NCBI GenBank assembly: GCA_903900155.1
Contig: CAIUMD010000025.1
Location: forward strand, 22,458 to 86,457
Length of the DNA: 64,000 nucleotides
From: an uncultured Caulobacterales bacterium
GTDB taxonomy: Bacteria; Pseudomonadota; Alphaproteobacteria; Caulobacterales; Caulobacteraceae
Reading direction: 5' to 3'
Each line of letters starts with the position of its first letter. The first letter of the stretch is position 1. Below are positions 10,111 to 19,608 of this stretch, piece by piece. The translations under genes were made by a program, and so were the position numbers. The notes below the pieces were generated by a model. That model was given only the letters and a program-made list of their open reading frames with translations. It ran no database searches and was not told where the DNA came from.

Positions 10111-10289
10111 GGAACCGGCCTTTCAGGGTTATGCTACAAGTGAGCATAAGTCTGTATCCAGCTATAACGCCTGCGGACGATGTTGCATAGCGGTCAAGAA
10201 GCGTGTCCACGCGGGTTGACCCCCGGGGCCTCGCATGCGAGTGCGCCCCTCGCGCAGCCCCGCAAAACCTAGACAAGACGGAAGCCCTC

Positions 10290-12248
10290 ATGCCCGTTTC
10301 GCCCATCAAGATGGCCGACGCGATCCGCGTCCTTTCCATGGACGCCGTGCACAAGGCCAAGTCCGGCCACCAAGGCATGCCGATGGGCATGGCCGACGTC
10401 GCCACCGTCCTGTGGGGCAAGTTCCTGAAGTTCGACGCCAGCCAGCCCAACTGGCACGACCGCGACCGCTTCGTGCTGTCGGCCGGCCACGGCTCGATGC
10501 TGCTCTATTCCCTGCTTCACCTGACCGGCTTCAAGGCCGTGACGATGAAGGAGATCGAGAACTTCCGTCAGTGGGGCTCGCTGACCCCCGGCCACCCGGA
10601 AGTGCGCCACACTCCCGGCGTCGAGACCACCACCGGTCCGTTGGGCCAGGGCCTGGCCACCGCCGTCGGCATGGCCATGGCCGAGGCGCACCTGGCCTCG
10701 CGCTTCGGCGCGGACCTGGTCGACCACCGCACCTGGGTGATCGCCGGCGACGGCTGCCTGATGGAAGGCGTCAGCCACGAGGCCATCAGCATCGCCGGCC
10801 GCCTGAAGCTGTCGAAGCTGACGGTGCTGTTCGACGACAACAACACCACCATCGACGGCGAGGCCACGATCGCCGAGACCGGCGACCAGGTCGCTCGCTT
10901 CAAGGCCGCCGGCTGGGGCGTGAAGGTCGTCGACGGGCACGACCACGGCAAGATCGCCGCCGCCCTGCGCTGGGCGACCAAGCAGGACCGCCCGACCATG
11001 ATCGCGTGCAAGACGCTGATCTCGAAGGGCGCGGGTCCGAAAGAAGGCGACCCCCACAGCCACGGCTACACCCTGTTCGACGACCAGATCCGCGACGCCC
11101 GCGTCGCCATGGGCTGGGACGCCGAGCCGTTCACCGTGCCGGGCGACATCGCCACGGCCTGGAAGAGCGTCGGCCGCCGCGGCGCCAAGGTCCGCAAGGC
11201 CTGGGAAGCCAAGCTGGCCGCCTCGACCCATGCCTCGGACTTCAAGCGCGCGATGGCTGGTGAACTGCCGGCAGGCGCCTTCGAAGCCGTCGACGCTCAC
11301 ATCGCCAAGGCCCTGGAATCCAAGCCGGTCAACGCCACCCGCGTCCACTCCGGCGCGGCCCTGGATCATCTGATCCCGGCCATTCCGGAAATGATCGGCG
11401 GCTCGGCCGACCTGACCGGCTCGAACAACACCCTGGTCAAGGGCATGGGCGCGTTCGACGCGCCTGAGTACACGGGCCGCTACGTCCACTACGGCGTGCG
11501 GGAGTTCGGCATGGCCGCGGCCATGAACGGCATGGCGCTGCACGGCGGCGTGATCCCCTATTCGGGCACCTTCCTGGCCTTCGCCGACTACAGCCGCGCC
11601 GCCATCCGCCTGGGCGCGCTGATGGAAGCTCGTGTCATCCACGTGATGACCCACGACTCCATCGGCCTGGGCGAAGACGGCCCGACCCACCAGCCGGTGG
11701 AACAGGTCGCCAGCTTGCGCGCCATCCCCAACCTGCTGGTCTTCCGTCCGGCCGACGCGGTGGAAGCCGCCGAGTGCTGGAAGGTCGCCCTGCAAAGCGC
11801 CCGCACCCCGTCGGTCATGACCCTGTCGCGCCAGAAGACCCCGCACGTGCGCACCGCCGGCGGCGACCTGTCGGCCAAGGGCGCCTATGAGCTGCTGGCC
11901 GCCGAGGGCGGTGAGGCAGCTGTGACCATCTTCGCCTCGGGCACCGAGGTCGGCGTCGCCGTGGCCGCCCGCGACATCCTGCAGGCCAAGGGCAAGCCGA
12001 CTCGCGTCGTCTCGACCCCCTGCTGGGAACTGTTCGACAAGCAGGACGCCGCCTACCAGGCCTCGGTCATTGGCCAAGCCCCGGTGCGCGTGGCCGTCGA
12101 AGCCGGCGTCCGCATGGGCTGGGAGCGCTTCATCGGCGAGGACGGCAAGTTCGTCGGCATGAAGAGCTTCGGCGCCTCGGCCCCGTTCGAGCGCCTCTAC
12201 AAGGAATTCGGCATCACCGCCGAAGCCGTCGCGCAAGCGGCTCAATAA
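10290..12248 (+). CDS. tkt: Transketolase
   Basis: The ATG at 10290 gives MPVSPIKMADAIRVLSMDAVHKAKSGHQGMPMGMADV.... GDGCLMEGVSHEA ThDP motif. About 650 aa. Confidence 0.93.
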   Translation: MPVSPIKMADAIRVLSMDAVHKAKSGHQGMPMGMADVATVLWGKFLKFDASQPNWHDRDRFVLSAGHGSMLLYSLLHLTGFKAVTMKEIENFRQWGSLTPGHPEVRHTPGVETTTGPLGQGLATAVGMAMAEAHLASRFGADLVDHRTWVIAGDGCLMEGVSHEAISIAGRLKLSKLTVLFDDNNTTIDGEATIAETGDQVARFKAAGWGVKVVDGHDHGKIAAALRWATKQDRPTMIACKTLISKGAGPKEGDPHSHGYTLFDDQIRDARVAMGWDAEPFTVPGDIATAWKSVGRRGAKVRKAWEAKLAASTHASDFKRAMAGELPAGAFEAVDAHIAKALESKPVNATRVHSGAALDHLIPAIPEMIGGSADLTGSNNTLVKGMGAFDAPEYTGRYVHYGVREFGMAAAMNGMALHGGVIPYSGTFLAFADYSRAAIRLGALMEARVIHVMTHDSIGLGEDGPTHQPVEQVASLRAIPNLLVFRPADAVEAAECWKVALQSARTPSVMTLSRQKTPHVRTAGGDLSAKGAYELLAAEGGEAAVTIFASGTEVGVAVAARDILQAKGKPTRVVSTPCWELFDKQDAAYQASVIGQAPVRVAVEAGVRMGWERFIGEDGKFVGMKSFGASAPFERLYKEFGITAEAVAQAAQ

Positions 12249-12257
12249 AAACTGTCA

Positions 12258-12284
12258 TCCCGGGCGCGCTTTTGCGACCCGGGA
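12258..12284 (+). terminator. Stem-loop 3' of tkt (REP/terminator-like)
   Basis: tcccggg ... cccggga: 7-bp stem with a 13-nt loop, 10 nt after the tkt stop. No T-run. Confidence 0.4.
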
Positions 12285-12468
12285 CCGCCGGAAACTCGGC
12301 GCTCTCGGCGCGTTGCAGGCGCTGGACGCCGTCGCAGCCAGGGCTGCCGAGACGGTGATTCTTCTCCACTGCGGCGAGATGACGCTGTCGGACGCGGAAG
12401 GGGCACGAACGTGCAAGGCCGAGCTCGCACCGGGCGAAGCGTTCACTTGCACGTGTCGGGAAGGTCCT

Positions 12469-12544
12469 TGGTGGAGCCGAGGGGAATCGAACCCCTGACC
12501 TCCTCATTGCGAACGAGGCGCTCTACCATCTGAGCTACGGCCCC
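12469..12544 (-). tRNA. tRNA-Ala (anticodon CGC), CCA encoded
   Basis: The reverse complement folds by hand into a cloverleaf: acceptor GGGGCCG/CGGCTCC with the G3:U70 alanine identity pair, anticodon loop TTCGCAA, T-arm AGGGG-TTCGATT-CCCCT, 3' ACCA. Confidence 0.9.
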
Positions 12545-12656
12545 AAGGAGCGGCGGAGATACGGCCCTTGGGCGCGTACGTCAAGCGGGGTTCTTAACCC
12601 GCCTTGCCAGCAACCGTCAGGCGCGGCAAGAAGCTGAAGCGTCCGGACGGAAACCC

Positions 12657-12971
12657 ATGGCCCCCATCATCAATCTCGTCTTCTTTATCCTCAACGCCCT
12701 GCTGAACCTGCTCTGGTGGGCGATCATCATCTCGGCGGTGCTGAGCTGGCTGTTCGCGTTCGACGTGATCAACCGCCGAAACCAGTTCGTCTATAACGTC
12801 GCCACCTTCCTGGACCGAGTCACGGACCCGATTCTGGCGCCTTTCCGCCGGATCATCCCGTCGATCGGCGGCGTCGACATCAGCCCGATCATCGTGCTGC
12901 TGCTGCTGCAAGGCATTCAGATCTTCATCCTGCCAGCGCTTCAGAACACCCTGCTGAACGTTCTTGGCTGA
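12657..12971 (+). CDS. YggT family membrane protein
   Basis: 104 aa with two hydrophobic segments. ...LSWLFAFDVIN...DPILAPFRRIIP..GGVDISPI... is typical of YggT. Confidence 0.8.
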   Translation: MAPIINLVFFILNALLNLLWWAIIISAVLSWLFAFDVINRRNQFVYNVATFLDRVTDPILAPFRRIIPSIGGVDISPIIVLLLLQGIQIFILPALQNTLLNVLG

Positions 12972-13254
12972 GGTCCTGGCCGTCCGCCTGACGCCCCGCG
13001 GCGGCCGCGATGCGGTCGACGGCTGGGCCAGCGACGCGGACGGCCGACCCTATCTGAAGGTCCGCGTGGCCAGCCCGCCGGTCGACGGCGCGGCCAATGC
13101 GGCCCTTCTGGCCTTCCTGGCCAAGACCCTGAAGATTCCGCGCTCGGCCGTCCGCCTGGCGGCCGGCGACACGGCCCGGCTCAAGCGGCTGGAGCTGGAC
13201 GGCGTCACCGCCGACGACCTGGCCAAGGCCTTCGGCGCGCGCCCACAAGCTTGA
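12964..13254 (+). CDS. DUF167 (YggU-like) protein
   Basis: 96 aa, TTG start overlapping the yggT end. ...LKVRVASPPVDGAANAALLAFLAKTLKIPRSAV... matches the DUF167 pattern. The yggT-yggU pairing is classic. Confidence 0.75.
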   Translation: MAEVLAVRLTPRGGRDAVDGWASDADGRPYLKVRVASPPVDGAANAALLAFLAKTLKIPRSAVRLAAGDTARLKRLELDGVTADDLAKAFGARPQA

Positions 13255-13429
13255 CCACAAAAGGCAAATCCTTGCCGAGGCGGCCGCGGGAGAGCATCGC
13301 CACGCACGATCATGCCCGAAGCCGATGAAGGTCCAACCCATTGACTAGGCGGCGTTCTTTGACTTCCATCTACCCCATCGCGGCTGGCCTGGCCGGGATG
13401 GGGACCGGGGGGTCTCAGGGGGCAAGGGC

Positions 13430-15166
13430 GTGACCGGGACCGAAATGCAAAAGGACGTGGCTCGCGCCGCCGCCTCACGGCGCGCGAACACCTATCTGCG
13501 CATCGGCGCCACCTTGGCCATCGCCCTGTTGCTGCAGGTCTATCTGCATCCCGTCTGGGGTTGGGTGTGGGCCCTGACCTATATGCTCTGCTACGCCTTC
13601 GAGAACTGGGTGCGACGTCCGCGGGAAACCGCGCCCACTTGGCGCAAGCTGACCGCCGTCGTTGCGCCATTCATCACCTCGGCGGCGTTCGGCGCGCTGT
13701 CGATCGCCCTGTTCGCCTCGCATATCCGTTTCGCGCCGACGCTGGGCGGCATGCTGCTGGCCGGCGCCCTGCTGAACGTCGTGGTCGTCAATGCCGGCAA
13801 CCGCCTGGCCACCCTGATGGCCGCCGCGCCGCACGCGCTCTACCTGCTGATCGCCCCGTTCGTGGCCAAGGCGGCCAATCCCGGCGCCCCCCTGGCCGAC
13901 GTGCTGTGGTTCGGCGCCCTCTTGATGATCGTCTCGGTCACCGTCGCCAGCCGCACCCTCACCGCCGCCCTCAAGGCCGAGGCGGACGCCAAGGCCGAGG
14001 CCGAACGCCGTCGCCACGAGGCGGAAGAAGCCGTGGCCGCCAAGTCCGCCTTCGTCGCCATGATCAGCCACGAACTGCGCACTCCGATCAGCGCCATCCT
14101 GGCCGGCGCGGCTCGCCTGCACAGCGAGGTCCCCGAGGCCGGCCAGAAGATCCACGCCCAGCTGATCGCCGACGCCGGCGGGCTGATGCGCACCCTTTTG
14201 AACGACCTATTGGACTTCTCGCGGCTGGAGGCGGGCCGGATGACGGTCGAGCAGTCGGCCTTCAACCTGCGCCAGTCGCTGTCGGACACCTTGCGCCTCT
14301 GGAGGCCCGAGATCGCCCGCAAGGGGCTGAAGCTGCGGATCAAGGGCGCGGCCAGCCTGCCGCGCTGGGTGGCCGGCGACGCCATGCGCCTGAAGCAGGT
14401 GCTCAACAACCTGCTCAGCAACGCCATCAAGTTCACCGAGCGTGGCGAGATCACCGTCGTCCTGCACGCCCAGCCCTCGCCCCATCAGGTGTTGCTGTCC
14501 ATCGAGGTGATCGACACCGGCCCCGGCATCCCCGAGGCCGCCCTGCCGCGCCTGTTCACGCCGTTCGACCAGTTGAACGCCGCCGTCGTGCGCCAGCATG
14601 GCGGCTCGGGCCTGGGCCTGGCGATCAGCCGCGAGCTGGCCCGGCTGATGGGCGGCGATCTGACGGCCAGCAGCGCGCCCGGGCATGGGGCCCACTTCAC
14701 CCTGACCACGGTCTTCGAAACCGCCGAGGCCCCGCGCGCCGAGGAGGAAGGGCGCTCGATCACCGGTCTCCGAGTGCTGGTGGTCGACGACCACGTGGTC
14801 AACCGCCGGGCCATCGAGCTGGTGCTCCAGCCGTTCGGCGTCGACGCCACCCTGGCCGAGTCCGGCGAGGAAGCGCTGGAACTGCTCAACGCCGAGGTCT
14901 TCGACGCAGTGCTGATGGACGTCTACATGCCCGGCATGGACGGCCGCGAGGCCACGCGCGTGCTGCGCGCCGGGTCGGGTCCGAACCGCGCGACCCCGGT
15001 GATCGCCGTCACCGCCTCGGCCACGCCCAAGGACTGGGAGGCGTGCGTCGCCGCCGGCATGAACGGCCACGTGGCCAAGCCGATCGACCCGGTGGAGCTG
15101 TTCGGCGCCCTGGCTCAGGTGCTGGCGGACGTGTCCGAGGTCTCGGCCGACGAAGCCGTCGCCTGA
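13430..15166 (+). CDS. Hybrid sensor histidine kinase / response regulator
   Basis: N-terminal hydrophobic segments, H-box SHELRTPISAI, HATPase GGSGLGLAISRELARLMGG, and a C-terminal receiver (VLVVDDHVVNRR...VLMDVYMPGMDG...K). Confidence 0.85.
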   Translation: MTGTEMQKDVARAAASRRANTYLRIGATLAIALLLQVYLHPVWGWVWALTYMLCYAFENWVRRPRETAPTWRKLTAVVAPFITSAAFGALSIALFASHIRFAPTLGGMLLAGALLNVVVVNAGNRLATLMAAAPHALYLLIAPFVAKAANPGAPLADVLWFGALLMIVSVTVASRTLTAALKAEADAKAEAERRRHEAEEAVAAKSAFVAMISHELRTPISAILAGAARLHSEVPEAGQKIHAQLIADAGGLMRTLLNDLLDFSRLEAGRMTVEQSAFNLRQSLSDTLRLWRPEIARKGLKLRIKGAASLPRWVAGDAMRLKQVLNNLLSNAIKFTERGEITVVLHAQPSPHQVLLSIEVIDTGPGIPEAALPRLFTPFDQLNAAVVRQHGGSGLGLAISRELARLMGGDLTASSAPGHGAHFTLTTVFETAEAPRAEEEGRSITGLRVLVVDDHVVNRRAIELVLQPFGVDATLAESGEEALELLNAEVFDAVLMDVYMPGMDGREATRVLRAGSGPNRATPVIAVTASATPKDWEACVAAGMNGHVAKPIDPVELFGALAQVLADVSEVSADEAVA

Positions 15167-15570
15167 TCCAGCAGGGTCTGGAGCCGCGCCGCCAGGGTCG
15201 CCTCGTCCTTCATGGCGCACTCCCAGACCACCTCGACCCGCCAGCCGGCCGCCTTCAGCGCGGCTTGCGAGCGTTCGTCGCGGGCGACATTGCGGGCCAC
15301 CTTGGCCAGCCAGTAGTCGCGATTGGTCTTCGGCACGCGGGACCCCCGCGCGCAGTCGTGCCCGTGCCAGAAGCAACCATGGACGAAGAAGGCCAGCTTC
15401 CGGCCGGGCATGACCAGGTCCGGATTGCCCGGCAGGTCCTTGCGATGCAGGCGATAGCGCGCGCCCAGACCGGTCAGGATCCGGCGCAGGGTCTTCTCGG
15501 GCGTCGTATCCTTGCTCTTCACCCGGGCCATGACGGCCGAGCGCTTGGCCTGGTCATAGACGTCGGTCAC
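15115..15570 (-). CDS. vsr: Very-short-patch repair endonuclease
   Basis: 151 aa with a full-length Vsr pattern (MTDVYDQAKRSAVMARVKSKDT..EK...PGNPDLV....FVHGCFWHGH....VVWEC). Confidence 0.9.
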   Translation of the reverse strand: MTDVYDQAKRSAVMARVKSKDTTPEKTLRRILTGLGARYRLHRKDLPGNPDLVMPGRKLAFFVHGCFWHGHDCARGSRVPKTNRDYWLAKVARNVARDERSQAALKAAGWRVEVVWECAMKDEATLAARLQTLLDQATASSAETSDTSAST

Positions 15571-15588
15571 TGCGCCCGGCCCCGCGGC

Positions 15589-16575
15589 CTAGAGGCCCTC
15601 GAACAGCGCCGTGGACAGGTAGCGCTCGGCGAAGCTGGGGATGATCGCCACGATCAGCTTGCCGGCATATTCGTCGCGCAGAGCCAGGTCGAAGGCGGCG
15701 GTCAGGGCCGCGCCCGAGCTGATGCCGACCGGCAGGCCCTCGGTGGACGCCGCGCGGCGGGCCATGGCGAAGCTGTCATCATTGCCGACCTGGACGATCT
15801 CGTCGATCACCGAGCGATCCAGGATGCCCGGCACGAAGCCGGCCCCGATGCCCTGGATCTTGTGCGGACCGGGCGCGCCGCCCGACAGCACCGGCGAAGC
15901 CTCGGGCTCGACCGCGACCATCTTCAGCGACGGCTTGCGGGCCTTCAGCACCTGGCCGACGCCGGTGATCGTGCCGCCCGTGCCGACGCCCGAGACCACG
16001 GCGTCCACGGCGCCGGCCGTGTCGTTCCAGATTTCCTCGGCGGTCGAGACGCGGTGGATCAGCGGGTTGGCGCCGTTCTCGAACTGCTGGGGCATCACCG
16101 CGCCCGGCGTCGCGTCGATCAGTTCCTGGGCGCGCGAGACGGCGCCGCGCATGCCCTTCTCGGCCGGGGTCAGCTCCAGCTTGGCGCCCAGCAGCAGCAG
16201 CATCTTGCGGCGCTCGATCGACATGCTTTCGGGCATGACCAGGATCAGCTTGTAGCCCTTGGCGGCGGCCACGAAGGCCAGGGCGATGCCGGTATTGCCC
16301 GAGGTCGGCTCGATGATCGTCGCGCCGGGCTTCAGGATCCCTTGCGCTTCCAGCGACTCGATCATGGCCACGCCGATGCGGTCCTTGACCGAGGCGATCG
16401 GGTTGAAGAATTCGAGCTTGGCGACGACCTCGCCCTTGGGCTTCAGCTCGGCGGTGAGGCGCGGCAGGCGGACGATCGGAGTGTCGCCGATCGTATCGAT
16501 GATCGAGTCGTAGATCTTGCCGCGACCGGCGCGCTTGAAGCGCGAAGCGTCGTAGAGGGAGGAAGCGTCGTCCAT
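15589..16575 (-). CDS. cysK: Cysteine synthase A (O-acetylserine sulfhydrylase)
   Basis: 328 aa. PLP lysine in [23 protein letters not shown] loop, [10 protein letters not shown]. Confidence 0.92.
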   Translation of the reverse strand: MDDASSLYDASRFKRAGRGKIYDSIIDTIGDTPIVRLPRLTAELKPKGEVVAKLEFFNPIASVKDRIGVAMIESLEAQGILKPGATIIEPTSGNTGIALAFVAAAKGYKLILVMPESMSIERRKMLLLLGAKLELTPAEKGMRGAVSRAQELIDATPGAVMPQQFENGANPLIHRVSTAEEIWNDTAGAVDAVVSGVGTGGTITGVGQVLKARKPSLKMVAVEPEASPVLSGGAPGPHKIQGIGAGFVPGILDRSVIDEIVQVGNDDSFAMARRAASTEGLPVGISSGAALTAAFDLALRDEYAGKLIVAIIPSFAERYLSTALFEGL

Positions 16576-16647
16576 CGGAGCACCCTGGAGCCTAAGGTTG
16601 CGGTAAGCGGGCGCACCCTAGACCTCCAAACCCCAGCTGTCAGGAGG

Positions 16648-17772
16648 TCATTCGGCGGCGAGGCTTGCAGTTTTGCTATCGAGCAGCGGCTCCAGCAGGG
16701 TTTGGGCCAGCCAGCGCACGGCCGGAACCGCCACCCCGTCGCCGATCACCTGCAGGCCCGCCGTCTGCGAGCGCGGCAGCAGATAGCTGTCGGGCAGGCC
16801 CATCAGGCGCGCGCCCTCCCGCGGCGTGACCAGGCGTGAGCGGACCTGGCCGTTCTCGATGACCAGCAGCGTCTGGCGCGAGGAGCCGCCGCGCGGCGTG
16901 CGCAGGCAGCCGGCGACGCCGTCGAAGCGCACCTCGGCCCGTTGATCGCCGCCGCGCATCCGGCGGAACACCGCGCCGACCGCGCGCTCGCCCGACTTCA
17001 CCCGACGCTCGACGGCCTCGCGGTGACTGTCGGCCATCAGGGCCAGCAGGGCGTCGGTGCGCTCCTGCGGGTTCCAGGTCACGGCCGCGTCGGGCTCCAG
17101 CACGACCGAGAGGTCGGTGTTGCGGGCCGGCGGCGCGGGGGCGCCCCACCAGATCCAGCGGTCCTTGAGATCGTCGGGCAGTCGGGCGGCGGCCTCGCGC
17201 ACGGCGCGGCTGTGGAAGCCGCTGGTCCCTTCCAGGCCATCGGTCGGCAGGCGGGTGGCGACCACGAACACGCGAGGCCGCGACTGCGGGACGAAGGCGC
17301 TGGCGTCGATCTCCAGCGCCCCGAAGCGGTAGCCCTCTTCCGAGAGCGCGCCGCACAGGGCGGTGAAGTCGTCGCCGTGGTGCGAGGTCAGGAGGCCCAC
17401 CACGTTCTCGATCACGATCACCGGCGGGGCGCGATCCTGCGCCGACATCGCCTTCATCAGGGTCCAGAAGCCGAAGAAGGCCGACGACTTGCCGCCGGCC
17501 AGGCCCGCGCGGGCCCCGGCCAGGCTGAAGTCCTGGCAGGGGCTGGAGGCCCAGGCCAGATCGGCCGTCGGGATGTCGCCGGCCTCCAGGGCGAAGACGT
17601 CGCCGGCGTGGAAGTGCTCCGCAGCGTCGGCGAAGTTGGCGCGATAGACGTCGGCCTTCACCGCGTCGAAGTCGTTGGCGAACGCGCAGGTCCAGCCGTC
17701 TCCCAGGCCGACGCGGGCCATGCCGCCGCCGGCGAAGAACTCAAGGAAGGAGGGAGAGGCGTTCCGATTCAT
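16648..17772 (-). CDS. dcm: DNA (cytosine-5)-methyltransferase
   Basis: Motif I FFAGGGM, motif IV SSPCQDFSLAG, motif VI VIVIENVVGL, and a C-terminal GDGVAVP. I prefer the ATG at 17772 over the GTG at 17793. Confidence 0.9.
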   Translation of the reverse strand: MNRNASPSFLEFFAGGGMARVGLGDGWTCAFANDFDAVKADVYRANFADAAEHFHAGDVFALEAGDIPTADLAWASSPCQDFSLAGARAGLAGGKSSAFFGFWTLMKAMSAQDRAPPVIVIENVVGLLTSHHGDDFTALCGALSEEGYRFGALEIDASAFVPQSRPRVFVVATRLPTDGLEGTSGFHSRAVREAAARLPDDLKDRWIWWGAPAPPARNTDLSVVLEPDAAVTWNPQERTDALLALMADSHREAVERRVKSGERAVGAVFRRMRGGDQRAEVRFDGVAGCLRTPRGGSSRQTLLVIENGQVRSRLVTPREGARLMGLPDSYLLPRSQTAGLQVIGDGVAVPAVRWLAQTLLEPLLDSKTASLAAE

Positions 17773-17819
17773 CGCCCGTGAGTCTAGCCTCACCGGACCT
17801 GGAGGGGATAGTCAAAGAC

Positions 17820-18257
17820 ATGCGTACCGTCGTCCTGATCGCCGCCGCCCTGTTGATAACGGCCTGCGGACAGTCGCCCATGGGCTCGGCCGAGGAGGCC
17901 CCGCCGCCGGCCGATGCGCCGATCACCGTCGGCCCGGACTATTCCGGCGACTTCGACGCGGTCGGGACCGAGCCGTTCTGGAACGTGAAGGTCCGCGCGG
18001 ACGGCATGACCCTAGCCCGCCCCGACCATCCAGACGTCGTCACCGGCAATTCCGGCGTGCGCATCGACGGCGAGCAGGGCGTGTTCGACACCACCGCCGG
18101 CGAGACGCGCCTCGTCCTGCGCCTGACGCCTGGCGAGTGCTCGGACGGCATGTCCGACCGCCGCTACGGCTATCTGGCCGAGGTCTGGATCGACGGCGAA
18201 ACCCTTAAGGGCTGCGCCTCGAAGACCCAGGACCTGGCGGCCCAGCCGAAGCCCTAG
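17820..18257 (+). CDS. Putative lipoprotein
   Basis: The ATG at 17820 gives MRTVVLIAAALLITAC (lipobox L-I-T-A-C). Two further Cys residues (GECSDG...KGC). No confident family assignment. Confidence 0.6.
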   Translation: MRTVVLIAAALLITACGQSPMGSAEEAPPPADAPITVGPDYSGDFDAVGTEPFWNVKVRADGMTLARPDHPDVVTGNSGVRIDGEQGVFDTTAGETRLVLRLTPGECSDGMSDRRYGYLAEVWIDGETLKGCASKTQDLAAQPKP

Positions 18258-19531
18258 TCGCCCTTGGGTCCAAGGTAGTCCTTGCCATACACGGCCTCGC
18301 GGAAGTCGTGGTGCAGCGTGCCGTCGAACGGAAAGGTCTGGACGAAGAACACCGCCGTCAGGTGGTTGGCCGGATCGACCCAGAACAGCGTCGACTCGCG
18401 GCCGTCCCAGAAGAATTCGCCGACCGCGCCGCGGTTCTCGGCCGCCGTCTGGGCCTGGCTCTTGCGGACCGTAAAGTCGAAGCCGAAACCCACCGCGCCC
18501 TTGCTGGGCAGCCAGCTGCGGCGGGTCACCCGGGCGTCCAGGTGGTCGGTGGCCATCAGGCTCACAGTCGAGGGTTTCAGGATCCGCACCCCGTCCAGCT
18601 CGCCCTCGTTCAGCAGCATGCGCGAGAAGCGGGCATAATCGTCGATCGGCGCGACGATGCCGGCCCCGCCCATGGTCAGGCGGCGGCTGGGATCGAAGTT
18701 CAGGCGGCGGGTCTCGGCGTCGCCCTGGCGCACCAGCTTGCCGTCGGGGCCCTTGTTGTAGGTGGCGGCCAGACGCGCGAAGGCGGCCTCCGGCTGGGTC
18801 CAGGCCGCTTCCTTCATGCCTAGCGGCTGCAGGATGTGGGCCTTCACATAGGCCTCGAACGGCTGGCCGGTCAGCTTCTCGACCAGCACGGCCTGGACGT
18901 CGACGGCGGCGCTGTAGCTCCACTGCTCGCCCGGATCGAACAGCAGCGGCGCCTTGGCGATGCGGCGGCCGAATTCGGTCAGGTCGTTGCCCTGGTTCAT
19001 CGGATCGAGCGCCGAGAACGCCGCGTCGGCCGGGGTGGCGGTCCCGCCGTACGAAAAGCCGGCCGTGTGGCGCAGGATGTCGCGGATCAGGATCGGCCGC
19101 GCCGCCGGACGGGTCTGCCCTTGCGCGTCCATCACCTTCATGTCGGCGAATTCGGGCAGGTAGCGCGAGAGCGGGTCGTCCAGGCCGAACTTGCCCTGCT
19201 CCCACAGCTGCATGAGGGCGACGCCGGTGACCGGCTTGGTCATCGAGAAGATCTGCACCAAGGTGTCGCGCCGCATCGGCTTGCCGCCTTCGCGGTCGGC
19301 CATGCCGGCGGTTCCGAAATAACGTTCCTGGCCGTCCCTCCAGACCATCGCCGAGACCCCGACGGCGCGGCCGCTGTCGACCATGGCCTTCAAGGCCGCG
19401 TCGATGCGCTGCTTGTCGATCTTGACCGGATCGGGCGCCGAGGCAACCGGCGCAGCGCGCGCGAAGGCCGGAGCGGCTGGCGCGACCAGCAGCGTCGCCG
19501 CGACGGCGGCGAGGGTGATCTTCTTGGACAC
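18254..19531 (-). CDS. Serine hydrolase, beta-lactamase (class C / PBP4*-like) family, secreted
   Basis: S-x-x-K motif SMTK. GTG start at 19531, preceded by GGAG 6 nt upstream, gives the signal peptide VSKKITLAAVAATLLVAPAAPAFA. Confidence 0.8.
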   Translation of the reverse strand: MSKKITLAAVAATLLVAPAAPAFARAAPVASAPDPVKIDKQRIDAALKAMVDSGRAVGVSAMVWRDGQERYFGTAGMADREGGKPMRRDTLVQIFSMTKPVTGVALMQLWEQGKFGLDDPLSRYLPEFADMKVMDAQGQTRPAARPILIRDILRHTAGFSYGGTATPADAAFSALDPMNQGNDLTEFGRRIAKAPLLFDPGEQWSYSAAVDVQAVLVEKLTGQPFEAYVKAHILQPLGMKEAAWTQPEAAFARLAATYNKGPDGKLVRQGDAETRRLNFDPSRRLTMGGAGIVAPIDDYARFSRMLLNEGELDGVRILKPSTVSLMATDHLDARVTRRSWLPSKGAVGFGFDFTVRKSQAQTAAENRGAVGEFFWDGRESTLFWVDPANHLTAVFFVQTFPFDGTLHHDFREAVYGKDYLGPKGD

Positions 19532-19608
19532 GGGAGGCTCCCCAACGCTTTTGTCGGACTGTCGCTTAAGGCGCGTCCGTTTGCCAAGGGCGTCGAGGTC
19601 GTAGACGG

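Noticed and set aside
12285-12468. Possible small gene or ncRNA between tkt and tRNA-Ala (ORFs 12242-12430, 12255-12452, 12313-12498)
   Set aside because: The three ORFs overlap one another in different frames, one runs into the tRNA, and none has protein-like features. I could not identify a conserved RNA structure by eye, so this stays unannotated.
13561-16839. 1092-aa plus-strand ORF spanning the histidine kinase, vsr, cysK and dcm region
   Set aside because: The translation is Arg/Gly/Pro/Ala-rich and low-complexity, with no motifs. It runs out of frame or antisense to four genes that each have strong family signatures. This is the typical stop-codon-poor artefact of GC-rich DNA.
16648-18257. 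Restriction endonuclease partner for the cytosine methyltransferase
   Set aside because: The neighbours are cysK on one side and a short lipoprotein with a lipobox on the other. No nuclease-like ORF is present, so the methyltransferase is treated as an orphan paired with vsr.
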